Assembly: GCA_002633005.1 (NCBI GenBank)
Contig: NMRA01000050.1
Coordinates: 105,788-153,502 of the forward strand
DNA length: 47,715 nt
Reading direction: 5' to 3'
Source: Phoronis australis
Lineage: Eukaryota; Animalia; Phoronida
The notes below the pieces were generated by a model. That model worked only from the letters and a program-made list of their open reading frames with translations, was not told where the DNA came from and searched no databases. Below, one piece after another: positions 1 through 25,200 of the stretch; position 1 is the stretch's first letter; the number at the start of each line of letters is the position of its first letter. The position numbers were made by a program, and so were the translations under genes.

Positions 1-848
1 CAATGGCACTGATGGGACCATATTACTTGTTTTACAAAAAAGTCACCAAAACTGTTGTTTTTACAAATATAAGTTTACTAAGCTCTTTGGTGATTATTAG
101 GTAACTTCAAACTCAAATTTCTCAAAAATGTGCAACTTTATATGTGGGAACTTTTTAGATTTTGAAAACACTCTAATAAATGAACTAAAAAACACCAAAA
201 TAAAATTGCCCCCCTAAAGTACTCACAAAAACCATTTTCTAGAGGCCCTACAGAATCTGGCCCACCGACTACAGAGTTCTTACTAGTTTTTCAACTGCTT
301 CGTGGTTCTTTTCAAAGATTGCATAAGAATTGTTCATTTTGGATTGATGGTGCTTATCCTTCTATGTCGAAGTGTAACTATTGTTTACTTAGACTTGATT
401 AATCGAAAATATGTATTTTACAAGTTGGCCAATTTGTTAAACAATGTCACTGAAGTTTTCAAGATATAATATTTGATGAATTTTGGCAGTACAAAAACCA
501 TGACTTAATATCCATCTATTTTTTCCTAGAATTCATTTCAGTTCCGGCAAAACCTCAGTAGGTGTTGTGCCAAACTTTTTGTCAAAATCACAGCAACTTC
601 TCTTACTAGTCCATTATCAACATTAACTATTAGAGGCTAGTTACTGTAACATCACACACGGTAATGAAAGTGTCTTTTTAGTGTAACAAATGCTCATTCA
701 ACTAAAAGACTCTAGACTTCTGCACGCCATGTATGGGCAAAGATTTTAAAATCTGTCTAAAAATCCCTGTTGTGGTCATAATTAAAACCCCAAATGTTGT
801 GTGAGTTGTCCAGGTGTAACAAACCCTTAACCCTATTTACCATTGTAG

Positions 849-13430
<12,582 letters not shown>

Positions 13431-13725
13431 GTCAGAGGCCATCACCTTGGTTGCACTCAAGTCTAGATTTTCTGTGGGATGCGTCATATTCAAGTCTGCT
13501 TGTCTTACTTAAAACCTGCTATGTTCCTGTCTCTCTTTTAAGAAATACACATTGTCAGTGAATAGTCCGACTTTGACTCCTTTTGAATACAAAATTTTAT
13601 CATGTTTCAAGGTATCTGAGATATGCTCTTCAAATCATTTAATTCGTGAAATGAATGTTTACTTAAAATTGTTTTACTGACAAAAGCTTAAATTGTAAGT
13701 GTTTATTATGATGATTTGAATGTGA

Positions 13726-13731
13726 AATAAA
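13726..13731 (+). promoter_or_regulatory. Candidate polyadenylation signal of CUL2
   Basis: AATAAA about 300 nt after the stop codon. Confidence 0.4.
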
Positions 13732-14721
13732 TAATTCAGAAGGTTTACTTGATGTATTCATTGAACCAAACTCACTGCTTTGGTGATTTTCAGTGCATAT
13801 AACACAGTTGGGCAGGAACTACTGGCTTTTGTTGGGTTAAGTCATTGTTTGAGTAACATAACTTGAAACTGTAACCTGGTTACCTCCTGGAATTTCACAA
13901 TATCCTCCATGGCTTCTCTACACATGTTTTTTGTCTTCATTCACATTTTTTTAGAAAAAAAATCACGTGTTGTGGCTGATAATGTTGTTCTGGTGACCTT
14001 GACCTTTTCTGAATCTAAAGAAGAAATATAGCTTTTCTGCGACTACTGGACTAATTTGCAGCTTCAGCATCAGCGGTTATTGACTATCTATTATTATCGT
14101 TTGTGCATACACAGGTCACGATATTAATGTACTTCTACAATTTTACTATATTAAAACTAGGCTGAAACCATACGCTCTGGCCTGCGGTTACCAGAGGTCA
14201 TCTAGCGCGCATCAATTTTAGCAAATTTTTATAGTATTTTTTCGGGTAAAACGATCCTAGCGTTTGACAAGAAATTAAATTTCAGAAAGCAAGCAGTTCG
14301 AAAAAAATCAGTTTAGTGCACGACGTGTCATTGAATTTCAGTATTTGAGACCTTGCCTTTATGATGTCATTGCTATTGCGGTAATTGCACTGTTAAATAC
14401 AAATACTGCAGGACCTACCTTGGATAAGCCAGATAAACTGGCTTCGTGGCGTCAGCGGCAGTTGTTCAAATACATTTACGAAGAACAACTGAAGGCACCG
14501 CCGTGAAACGGCCGACTGGCGTCCACACTAGTCGAAAATATAGACATTATATCAGCCTGGAACTGAGTAGATTATTTTTTCGGTTAATCATTAATTCTGG
14601 AATTATTTTTAGAAAAAAGACATAAATCGATGATTTGACACCTGACTTCCACTACCACTGAGGTAATGTGATCGTCGGTATAAAGACACCCAAAGCTTCG
14701 ATCACATTACAACTCGAGTTA

Positions 14722-16867
14722 TAGTCTAGACGCATTTCTGGAAAATGTGCATGTTAGAGGCATTTTATAGTAAAAGTGGAGAACCTATCTTTTTAGCACA
14801 ATTATGGAGTGCTGATTTCGATTATGCCTGTTCCCAAGCTGGATTTTGAGTTTTTGACCATCTAATTTGTATAAACAAAATGGCCGCCAAACCAACAAGA
14901 TAAGAAACATTCGTAAGACCAGGAGTACCATGTAACGAATAATTAGGAAATTTTTGCTTCAAAAACATAATATAAGTGTGTTTAGATCACTTAAATTTAA
15001 GAACCTAGCTGATTCATTCATGAAAACAGTGCTAAGCACAGGATTTCGATGTCATAAAATTGGCATTGTATTTGACAGATACAGACAGGAAACTATGAAA
15101 CACACAACAGGAAAACAGCGTAGTAAAGGAATACAGCAAATCAGGTGATTTTTGGAAGGCCGTGGTGTACCTCATCCTCAAAACTGGTCAAATTTTCGGG
15201 CACTGGCTGAGAACGGAAGACCTAGCACAATTCTTGTCAGAGGAACTGTGTTTGTAGACGCCTGAAGATAAAGAGTTTATGGTTGCAGGAGGGTTCAAAG
15301 ATGAACTGGAAGTAAATTAAATCATCTAAGGTTATGACTGATTTGAGGACTCTGAAATCCACACATGAAGAAGCAGATGCAAGATTGGTACTGCATGCTG
15401 TCCACAGTCTGTCGTATTTTCCAGGGACACCCGATGTTCTACTGCTTCTGGTATCGAATTTCCAACAAATGCAAAGTGAGCATATCTGTACGATGTCAGG
15501 CACATCAAAGAAATAACGATATATACATATTGAAGCACTTTTCAACAAACTACTACGAGACTCAGCAACATCCTTGTTTGATTTTCATGCCGTGACCGGG
15601 TTTGGCACTAACTCGTACTTTGCCAATCACATGAAACAATCATCATGAAAGGTGTTCCTAGAGCATCACAGATTGCTCAAGAACCCCTGCATTGGTGAAC
15701 TCACTGAGCAAATTACGATGGCTTCAGAAGTATTTGTCTGCAGAATATACAACACGACCTGTAGATGTAGCACGCCATTTACTATTCTCCAACCCCGTGA
15801 ACCCAGAAGTCCTTCCCCCTCACCCATAATGCCCGCCGTTTCCATCTGATGAGAGCGCACTATCAGGTCAAGGTATGGCGAAATGATCATTGTTCCATAC
15901 CTGAGCTCCCAGCACCCTCTGATATGGGAGGGACACACAAACTTATGCTTGCAGCCCATGCTGATGACACAGAGTTCTATCACAGACAGCTGCCTGGAGA
16001 TGGTATTGTGTGCATGACAGAAACAACGCAACAGCAGACAATGCAAATGCAAGACATTTGGATTTCAATGCACATCATTATGCTCATGCCAGCAGCACAT
16101 TCCTTGTATGCAAACAGTTTGATTTGCCTGGCTTTAGGCATGTTAAAAAATACCAAAAAGTGAATGCTAAAACTGTGTTCAGCAGGCCTGAAAATAATTC
16201 ATGCAACTGAGAATTTAATGTCTTCAATAACAACAACTATATTGATTTTTATGAATGGAAGATAACGGGATAGTGTGACCATTTGCCCCGGCTATATTCC
16301 ATCAAAATAGTGACACCTTGCTTGACGAACATTGCAGATTAACGACTATTTTTTCACATTCTGAAAGTATATATCTATAACCCAATAAATATGAAATAAA
16401 TTGCTCCAAAAATGTCTTTAGGATGTGTGTTGACCATGAAAATATAAGTATAAACAACTCATTTTCAAGTTAGCCTGCAGGAACACAAACTTAAGACGCA
16501 AATTATATTGTATGGTAATGGCGGCACCTAATTTGCATAATTAGTTTTCAGAGTTGCATTTTTTAGTATTCATAAGTGATGTATTGCTCAAGAAGTTTTT
16601 ATAAGAAGTGTACAGGTGAGACATTTCACCATTTTAAATGGCATATGGTGATTTCTATTACAAAAATACATCTGAACTTGACAATTTGGCCGCCATTTTG
16701 TTTATGCAAATTAGATGGTCAAAAATGCAAAATTCGGCTTGGGAACAGGGTTAGTTGAATTTGACATACCTTGATTGTGTGAAAAAGTCTTGTTACCAAC
16801 TTTTACTAAAAAATGCTTCTAGAACCTTATACAGGGCTCTTTTCAGGAAATCAGTGCGTCTAAACTA
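14722..16867 (+). mobile_element. Decayed, internally deleted Academ (AcademX-type) DNA transposon
   Basis: TAG...CTA termini, 3-bp TSD TTA (14719-14721 and 16868-16870), about 170-190 bp imperfect TIRs. Frameshifted remnants IVFDRY, STHEEADARLVLHAVH, TPDVLLLLV, FHAVTG (XPG/PIN-like) and a C-terminal Cys-rich finger CLEMVLCA*...CKCKTFGFQCTSLCSC. Confidence 0.8.
14954..16130 (+). pseudogene. Academ transposase C-terminal remnant (XPG-like nuclease plus CXC zinc finger)
   Basis: Motifs are spread over several frames with stops. Confidence 0.75.
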
Positions 16868-18215
16868 TTAGGGGGGAGAACTGGCTAGAATTCAATAGCT
16901 GTCTCGCTAATTAGTACTACGTGAAAAGCTAACTAAAATCATACGCTGTCATTGAAAATATTCGGCGATATCTCTCAGAATCTCACTATAAAGATCTTGC
17001 TTTTCTATCTAGTGTTACTGAACTGCACCCTAAGTACCAAGTTCATCATCAGATCTCAGTGCAAACTTAATCGCCGGGATAAGTCCTGCGTTGCCGAATC
17101 AGCAGAATCATTGAAAGCCCACCATAATAACCACACAGCTGGTGTGTGTCGGTACAATATGGCAACATTTTCATGAATACGCTTTGATTAAACAGTATGG
17201 CCTTTGTACTAAAATGAATTAACTCCAGTTCATGATTGAATAATCGCACAGGACGCTTTTCATCTCCTGATCTAGTAAGCTGTCTGGGCCTACTACATGT
17301 ACTAGCGACTACCTCATTAGACATCGAGACCAGTTATAATTCGGGGACATATAACTGCGTGGACTCTTCAGTGGTGGAGCTATACCCAAGGAAGGTATTT
17401 TTGGGATCCTCAGACAAAGACGGGGCTTCGTTAAATTCTGGTATCTACCCGATTTTCTATATCTATGGTCGTCTCCTCAAGTGCATAGCACCTATATCGT
17501 GAACTCGCTTTCGCCTCTTCCATACATGTATATAGCGCATTACCCCCCACGTCTCCTTAATGTCTTAGTGATAGTTTCTGACCGAACGGTAAATATGCCG
17601 TTTAACTTGCACTTCTGAGAAAGTCGCACAAAATCTTTGTTTACAGTTCTGTCTCTAGAATCTCGACAGCCGCGACTTACAGCCGCTAAACAGCTACTGG
17701 TGATCAGGTAAGTTCTAGTAAGTTTTCACTGACTACGCCGGGTAGGTCAGTCTCATAGTAGCTTAAGAATATGTCAGGAAACGGCCCCTATCCAGCAGTG
17801 CACACGCTTAATGCAAAAGCATGCTCAATTGCCGAACTTTGGACATCTGAGATATCAATGAGACAGGCGAGTTACGTGAGATTTAATGAACCCTGTCTAA
17901 TCTCAGTGCGACCACGTGCTGTACGTTATCACTGAACGAACGTCGCTTGAAACTTGACAACGCACAGCTTTCGAGGGCCCCATATCACTGCTAAATAGTG
18001 TTTGCACAGTTATGTGTCCCGACCGCTTATGAGCTAGTATCAAGACACAGTTGGTACTATACACACCCGACTCAGGTAACGTTCGCAGGTCTTTCGGGAC
18101 CTTTGGAGTTTTGACGGCTGAGTGACAGTGGATCAAGGCCTGTCCATGAGATATGCTGAAAAGAGAACACAGCATCGGAATTCGCTCATGTTGCTCTTAT
18201 TATCATTTACTCGCG

Positions 18216-18254
18216 AGTCGCGCGCGCGTGTGTGTGTATATATATATATAGATA
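18216..18254. repeat. Compound (CG)/(TG)/(TA) microsatellite
   Basis: GTCGCGCGCGCGTGTGTGTGTATATATATATATAGATAT. Confidence 0.85.
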
Positions 18255-19253
18255 TAATTTGTATGTGCACCTTCATGAGTGTCGTGTACAATAGGTTGAT
18301 GGACATCCGGGCCCATTACACGGAAGCGAGGTAAAAACAAACCGTAGACACAATGGCGTAGGCCTACAGGCGAGGGTCGAGTGATCTCGTTCATCAAAGT
18401 AGTGTATGAAACGTAGTTCATGTAGTACCCAAACGGTGTTTCGCAGGAATGTGCTACCGACACGAGTCCAATTTAGGGATGATCCGACTACACACTGCTT
18501 TATTTAGGTGAATTTTCAGAAAATTGGAGACCTGTCTTGGTATCGATTTAGGTTCTGTGTTTTTTTTAACGGCGAGATGACGGCGACAAGTTGTTGATTC
18601 GTAACTCCGTGCAACACTTTTTGCTTGCCTTTTGTTTGCGTGCCTAACAAACTTTGGAAAACGTACTCTGAAACCTCTATTAAATTTTTACTTGAGTTCT
18701 TGCAAGTTGTCCATATTTGTTCTACTATATGATACTTCGAAATACACTAGCTAAAGTAATGAAATTAATATACCCTTCGTTTATTGCTCATTCACCATTT
18801 TATGTGGGCCCCGGTTGTCACATTTCCGAACTACGCCCGGTCACTATATAGGTGGCCATAATTCATTGTTTCCAGCGTTCACGACAAGTTAATATATATC
18901 GCCTCTGTTGACACCATGGCATCAATCGAATTGTTCCCCCCTAAGCGACCAACACATATCGAAAAACATACCACTTTTCGATTGCCCCCGGCCTAGCCCG
19001 TTGAACGGAGACTGTGGGTCCCTGTTTTGTGCAGACCATAAAACTTTTTAGCTTTAACAGGTCGTGTGACGTGGCTTCTCAAGCGTATTGCTGAGTAGTG
19101 GTCTATACCGTAAGTCTACCTGTTTTCTACACTTGCAGACTGTATGCCTTTCAATAGCGGTCATTGTATATTGCTTTTATGTTCATTATTTATTCAGATC
19201 GTAACACAAGTGGTTGACCACCTCAGCCGTCGGTAACTTGTACGACAACAATC

Positions 19254-19283
19254 ATGGACAATATAGCTTACACCGACAGTCAA
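19254..19283 (+). CDS. SLC23A: SLC23 first coding exon ([10 protein letters not shown]); exon probably starts at 19198 after a short 5'UTR intron 19110-19197
   Basis: ATCATGG Kozak-like start, GTAAGT donor at 19284 in phase with the next exon; upstream GTAAGT at 19110 and TTCAG ending 19197. Confidence 0.65.
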
Positions 19284-22200
19284 GTAAGTTTTAGACTGGT
19301 TAATGATCTTAACCAGTGCCATGAAATGATGACTCCGAAAATCGGAAGTAGCCTACCAATACGCAGGGCCTACAAAGGCGTAGGATAGTTTTTTTTTTCT
19401 TGCTTTAGTTGGTACATGTCATATGTCGTACTAAAGGGTAACGTCACTATCAGCATTTTTTCTTCTTGCTTTTGTTGGTAGGTCGTCATAGGTCGTACTA
19501 AAGGGTAACGTCACTATAAGCATTTCCTTGTTGTGTTAACGTAACTAGCATTATTGTTCTGTGTTTTACTCCTGATCGTACAGTTGGGCTTTTTATTTAA
19601 CTTAGTTAGACTAAGCGTACCAACGTGTTTGCGACACCGTCAGTTTTGTGTCTCCAGTAACACCGACACGTCGGTCAGCCACTCAGATTGGGGTCATCTT
19701 CAGACCCAGTTTCCTTACAAGAGGGTGGCGTCTCATGATTTAAAATTGGTTACATACAAAAGGATCCGTTAATTTATCTGGCCTATTGAAAGCGCCCATT
19801 TAAGAAATGTAATATGATTAAATAATCGTGAGCGCTTGATGTCTTCATACCTTCAGAACTCGCGGGAAGTCTTATTAACTACCCTACATCTCCCTCACGA
19901 ACCCATTATCTTCTTGTTGTTAAATGATCTTCAACGCAATTTTAATCGCCTTCTTTGTATGGTGTGATGATTAGCTTAGCTTCAAACTAGGACTTAAAGA
20001 TCTGTTGCTTCAGGCTTTCAAATTAAAAGCAATTGCCTATACAACCGAGTTTAAAAGGTCACGGAGTTATTAATAGACACTAAAACCTATGCAAAGCCAT
20101 ACTTCCCACGCAGCTTAGAGATGAGATATTCAAATTCCCGGAAAAACTCATTCAGCATTTTAGGAAAAGTCAATCGAGATTCAGTTGAGAGACAGGAGAC
20201 AAAAAAATAAAGTGAAAAATAAAACAAAATGATAAATACAGAAAACATATACATCAAGTGGCTAGGTCACCAAGTTTATTCGTACAACACCTGTCTAATG
20301 TTCAATGGGTCGCGTTTTCATACCTTTACAACTACTGAACCTTGTGACTTCAATTTGGCTTTAGATTTTTTGTTAAATACTTACATATACAGGTATAGTC
20401 TGCTATTTTCCCTTCTAGTTGGGTGCTTCCTGTCCTACTTCACTTCTAGTATCCTGCTGCGAAAGGCTATCATTTTTAGACTATCATTTTTAGACTATCA
20501 AATTTTCTAAAAGTGTTCATTTTAAACTTACGCTGTAGCGTGGATAACAATTCACCAAGTCACTTCTGAGACTTGGGGTGTAGGTTGTTCAATTGTAAAG
20601 AGTACAGTCTTTTATTTTTAGGATCTCTACGGGTACTGTGTAGACAACTCATTCATTTAAGTGTACTCTACTGTTAGCTTCTCCAATTCCGAAGATCTCC
20701 ATACATAATTCATGCAAGGCAAATAGTTGCGGGGTCATTTACGAGACCAATACATGATTAAGCCGGGGCGTAATGTGTATTTGGTGGAGATCGAATACAT
20801 GAGAGGCAACACTACGGGCTGCTACCTTTTCAAGTTCACGCAATATCGTTTTAAGTTATTGGATGACGACGAATCTTCAGATTTCAAGTTAAATTTTTAC
20901 CTAACCTTCATAACTCTGAGCTTGGAATTTCCTCTTTTAAGAGGATTTCCTCTTTTTTTTTCTTTTCGATTTCATCTTCATCGATTCCAGTTTCCTCTTT
21001 TTCGTCTCTTTTTGTCATTATTTTTACTTTATTCAATGAAAATAAATATTTCACTGAGATTTTGCAACACAAAAATAATTCTATCATTCAAGAATATTTG
21101 TGGACCGATACATCACCTGGAAAAATTTCCTCTTTTTTGTAAGTTACTGGTCATTCCAAGCCCTGATGATTAGTATGCCATCGTTTGAAGCCAAATAACT
21201 TTTTCAGTTCACTTTCTGTTTAGCCTTCAGTAGCCCAGTTGTATTGGATGTCTATAATAAAGGCTAATACTTTCCCAGGAAAAAAACGAACCGCCTACGC
21301 ATCATTCAGAAACCCACGACAGAAACGGGGTGCCACCCGACGACAAGCCTAGCACTCTTCAATCGATAGAGACACAAGAAACAGAAACCAATCTAAAGTC
21401 TCTAACTTTATCGGATCTGCAGTATTCTGTTGACGATTGTCCGCCATGGTACATGTGTATATTCCTTGGGTTTCAGGTTAGAGTTTTCTTTTTTATTACA
21501 AGACGACGTGGCCACTAGGGGTCACTAGGTAATGCCGCTCTCTAGTGTTTTTGGCGTTAGTAGCAACTTTTAAAATCTGCAAACGTAAATATTTCGGAAG
21601 ACCATTTTACTGTAGAGTTTGTTTACGTTTTTTGTATGGTGGTAACACGAAACACTTTGCCAACCAAATGACTAATTATATCTGATTCGTGTAACTTAGT
21701 AAAAAAACATTTGTGGGCGTGAGATGAGTAAAGTTTGGTTTTTTTGGAAACAACCACTGACTTAAAGCAGACCAGAACGTTTTCATCTCAATACCACCTT
21801 AAAGTAGTCAAGATGGTTTTATTTTCTGGCTCTTTTCACAGAAACGTGTAAAGATCTGACCGCTGGACTCCAATTTCTACCAAAAACTTGTTTGTGGCGA
21901 CACTTTGGCGATGTTAGAACCTCATTAAAGTCGATCCAATCAGCAGTAAAATTTCGTAAGCTAAAATACACTTGCCTCGACCAATTAAATGAACCAATGA
22001 CGTTTATATGTGATTTCCTCTTCATTTTTGGTTAACATGCGATCTTCTGGTTATCCGTGAGATTATCCTCAATTATCGTAATCCATTTTGCCCGGGGTAC
22101 GCCACGAGCCAAGTTGGAGAGTAAAACGAGATGAGGATTGAGAATAATCTCATTTATTATGACGTAAGTAGGAGAACAAAGAAGACTCTGCAAGATGGGC

Positions 22201-25200
22201 ATGGAAAAAACGCCACCAGCGTGTGCAATGAATTGCCTTAATGAATGAACTAAAACAAAAATTTTAAGAACTGCCGGAAGGGCCTATTGAAAATGTACAA
22301 AGAAAAAATTATAACAAACAAAAACTTGAAAAGGGCCTAACAGGTAATGTATAATGCGAAAAAATTTTGAACCGAAACCCGGGATGGAGGGTGGGGAAAA
22401 TGCAAAGTACAAACGTAGGTCTTGTAGACGACGAGGCGGGTGGCTGAATGAACTAGACCACGTTAAACTGAACAAAGGAAATATAAGTGACTAATCAGTT
22501 GTTGAGTAGAGAAATGTATGAATACAAAAGTAGACACCTGAGGCTATACCTAGAGATAAAATAAAGTGACAAATGTCAAAAAATGACGATAGATCGATGC
22601 ATTTAACAAGTTAAATTATTTTATTATGCATGTATCATGATAGAAGTGACATTCTCTGTCCAGGTCATTTTTGCCAAGTTACTCAGACGATCTATTGGGT
22701 ACATTTAATTGACCAGCCGAGTCTTTTCCGCCGAGCCAATCTGATAACACATTTAATTGGTCTGCCAACCGCGGGGAAGTCAGCACTGAGAACCAATTAG
22801 ATGTCTTAGCAGGGTTTGACCTAGCGGAGCACGCGAAGTCAATCAAGTGCATCCATTGTGAACATGTGCTGGCCGTAAGTTCTATTTAACAAAATTTGTC
22901 TCACTTTGTGCCTTTGACAACTATACTCTGACAACCGTAGACTAATCCAGAATCCAAACTAGTGGTTGGGATTTAGCCATTTTTGATCTGTAGTGGACGG
23001 GAAATGATGAGAGTCATCGACCACAAATTGACTGAGACTCAAAGACTGCCGAGAACTGGTAAACAAAACTTACTAGCTAGTTTTGGTGCAAATGCTGTTA
23101 GTATACTGTCACATGGTAACCTCAGTGGAATGTAAAGCTGTTGTTACTACGAAGAAACTACAATATAGCTCTGGGAAGACGCGAGGCTGCTCAGTGCTTA
23201 AGGTTTCTGGGCTGGGGACAGTACTGGAACTTGGTGAAGATGTGTTGATTGCTCGTCTTGGACATGGAGGTGACTGCACACACAGTACGAACGAGTGACA
23301 CCTAAAGGTGACTGCTCATACGAACGGGTGACACCTTCTTGAACATCTTCAAGTTGGTCTTGGTGACTGCAGCTCGCGATGATTCAGTTTTCTAAAAGAG
23401 ATTCTGAGCAGGTACATGTAGCAGCAGACCAGAAAATGAGAGAAATATCGTTTACGTTGGGGTACCGTCATGCTCAATGCGTACATAAACCTTTCCTAAG
23501 GGAGGGTAAATTGTTTGTCGCTCACAAGATGGATTTTGAACCGCATTAGCCGTGGCTTGTGAGTTCTTGACACGAAGTAGCCAATTTCGACGGATCCTGT
23601 GTAGCTACAGGTGTACTGGGAATAGGTAAAACGTAACTAAAGCTATGAAGATAATTTTCGAAAGTTCATAATTCATGTAGTCTCGATACGCAACAACTTC
23701 AGCTTACCAAAATGCGCCCTTTTCGGCCATTCCGCCTTGTTTTACTGCTCCCAATTGCTCTCGACTGAGGTAAAATTAAGTCATGTTTGTATTCTAGCAC
23801 TACCTGACTATGTTCGGTGCTACTCTAGCCATTCCGCTAATCCTGGCCCCGGCCCTGTGCATGGGCGAAGATAATGTTGGCAAGAGTGAACTAATTTCCA
23901 CAATATTCCTTGTGTCTGGCATCGTCACTCTGCTGCAAACAACATTTGGTTGCAGGTGAGTCATCTGCAAGCGACCATTCTATTCACACCCTTGCCTGGG
24001 AAAAGAATATAACTCAAGTCTCTTGTATATCATTTATCATTTACTTCCCTGATTGCATGACAGCATACACGACAAAGGCAAGTCGCCTACCTGGAACATA
24101 TATAAATATGTGACTGTCCTAAAGATACTAACCACAATTGTTTCTAAGGATACAACTTTTTCTGTTTAGGTTTTTCGTCGAGTTCTTCTAACACGAGAAC
24201 ATATCAGTCATAAACTATCCAAAACTGTGCGAAAAGTTCGAATCATGGTTTTTGACAACCGGGTGCTTGGGCTAAATGTTTTGCTTGAAAATCTTAATCT
24301 CGTCGACTTCAAAAGGGAAGGCAACCATTTTTTGTGTCACTTTCAGTTAAATTCAAATTTTTGATGATCCTAGATAAATGTTAATTCAATTCCTAAGGCT
24401 TCTAATTTATCATACATACATCAGCCGAAGTGACTGCCCGAATCATTCCCTTCCAGCTTTATGTGTTTAACGATTCATTATGGACATTTGTTGACTGGGC
24501 GTTTTTCCCCGAAAACTCCAGGAATTATTTGCCTGCAACATGTACTCTTAAACAATTCTGGTGTGTAGAAGGACGCAGCTGAGTGGGGTCTAGCCATTGT
24601 TTTGATTTGTAGTGGTCCAAAAATGTCTCGTGTACGCGACCACAAAAACTCAAATCACGAAAATAGTGAAACCGTGTTGGTTCCTTAGGATGCTGCGTTG
24701 ATTGTCCACACAACTTGGATCAGTACACTGGCTGCGGCTTGCAACGCTTCGCATTATGAAAGCAGTCCTAGCATTTTGGCGACGGAGCAGAGAAGGCAAA
24801 TACCGACGGTTTGGTATCTTTTTGCAGAAATTATTTAGCAGGTACCTTCATGATCTCTGCGTACATGTCCCTTTCGTGATCCGACGTTAAACGATGTTTG
24901 GCAAACATACAATAGTTTCGCACCGGTTTAGCCCTTTCGTGAACGGGTAACTCTGCATTCCTACCAGCAACGAGCCAGCTTGTCGGATCATTCACAGGAA
25001 ATCAGTGAGCCACAACCTATATACCTTTGGATAGCTCGCAATTGCATTCCAGTGCACTACAATTTCACGACATACTGAATAAGACTCAAGAGAATGAGCG
25101 GTCAAACTTTTAACAAGCTGGCGTAAACAAGGATACACCCGATGTCAAACACAGTCCAAAGTCAGTGCTTATAAACACAGCTGTCGGGGAATGATTTGGA

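Noticed and set aside
19900-20720. Possible highly decayed L1/Tx1 ORF2 3' fragment on the minus strand
   Set aside because: Only faint, frameshifted resemblance (EQPTPQ..W, CK..IEH); cannot be supported without a profile search.
20727-21173. 148-aa ORF
   Set aside because: Low-complexity Phe/Leu-rich translation of a pyrimidine-rich intron with no recognisable domain.
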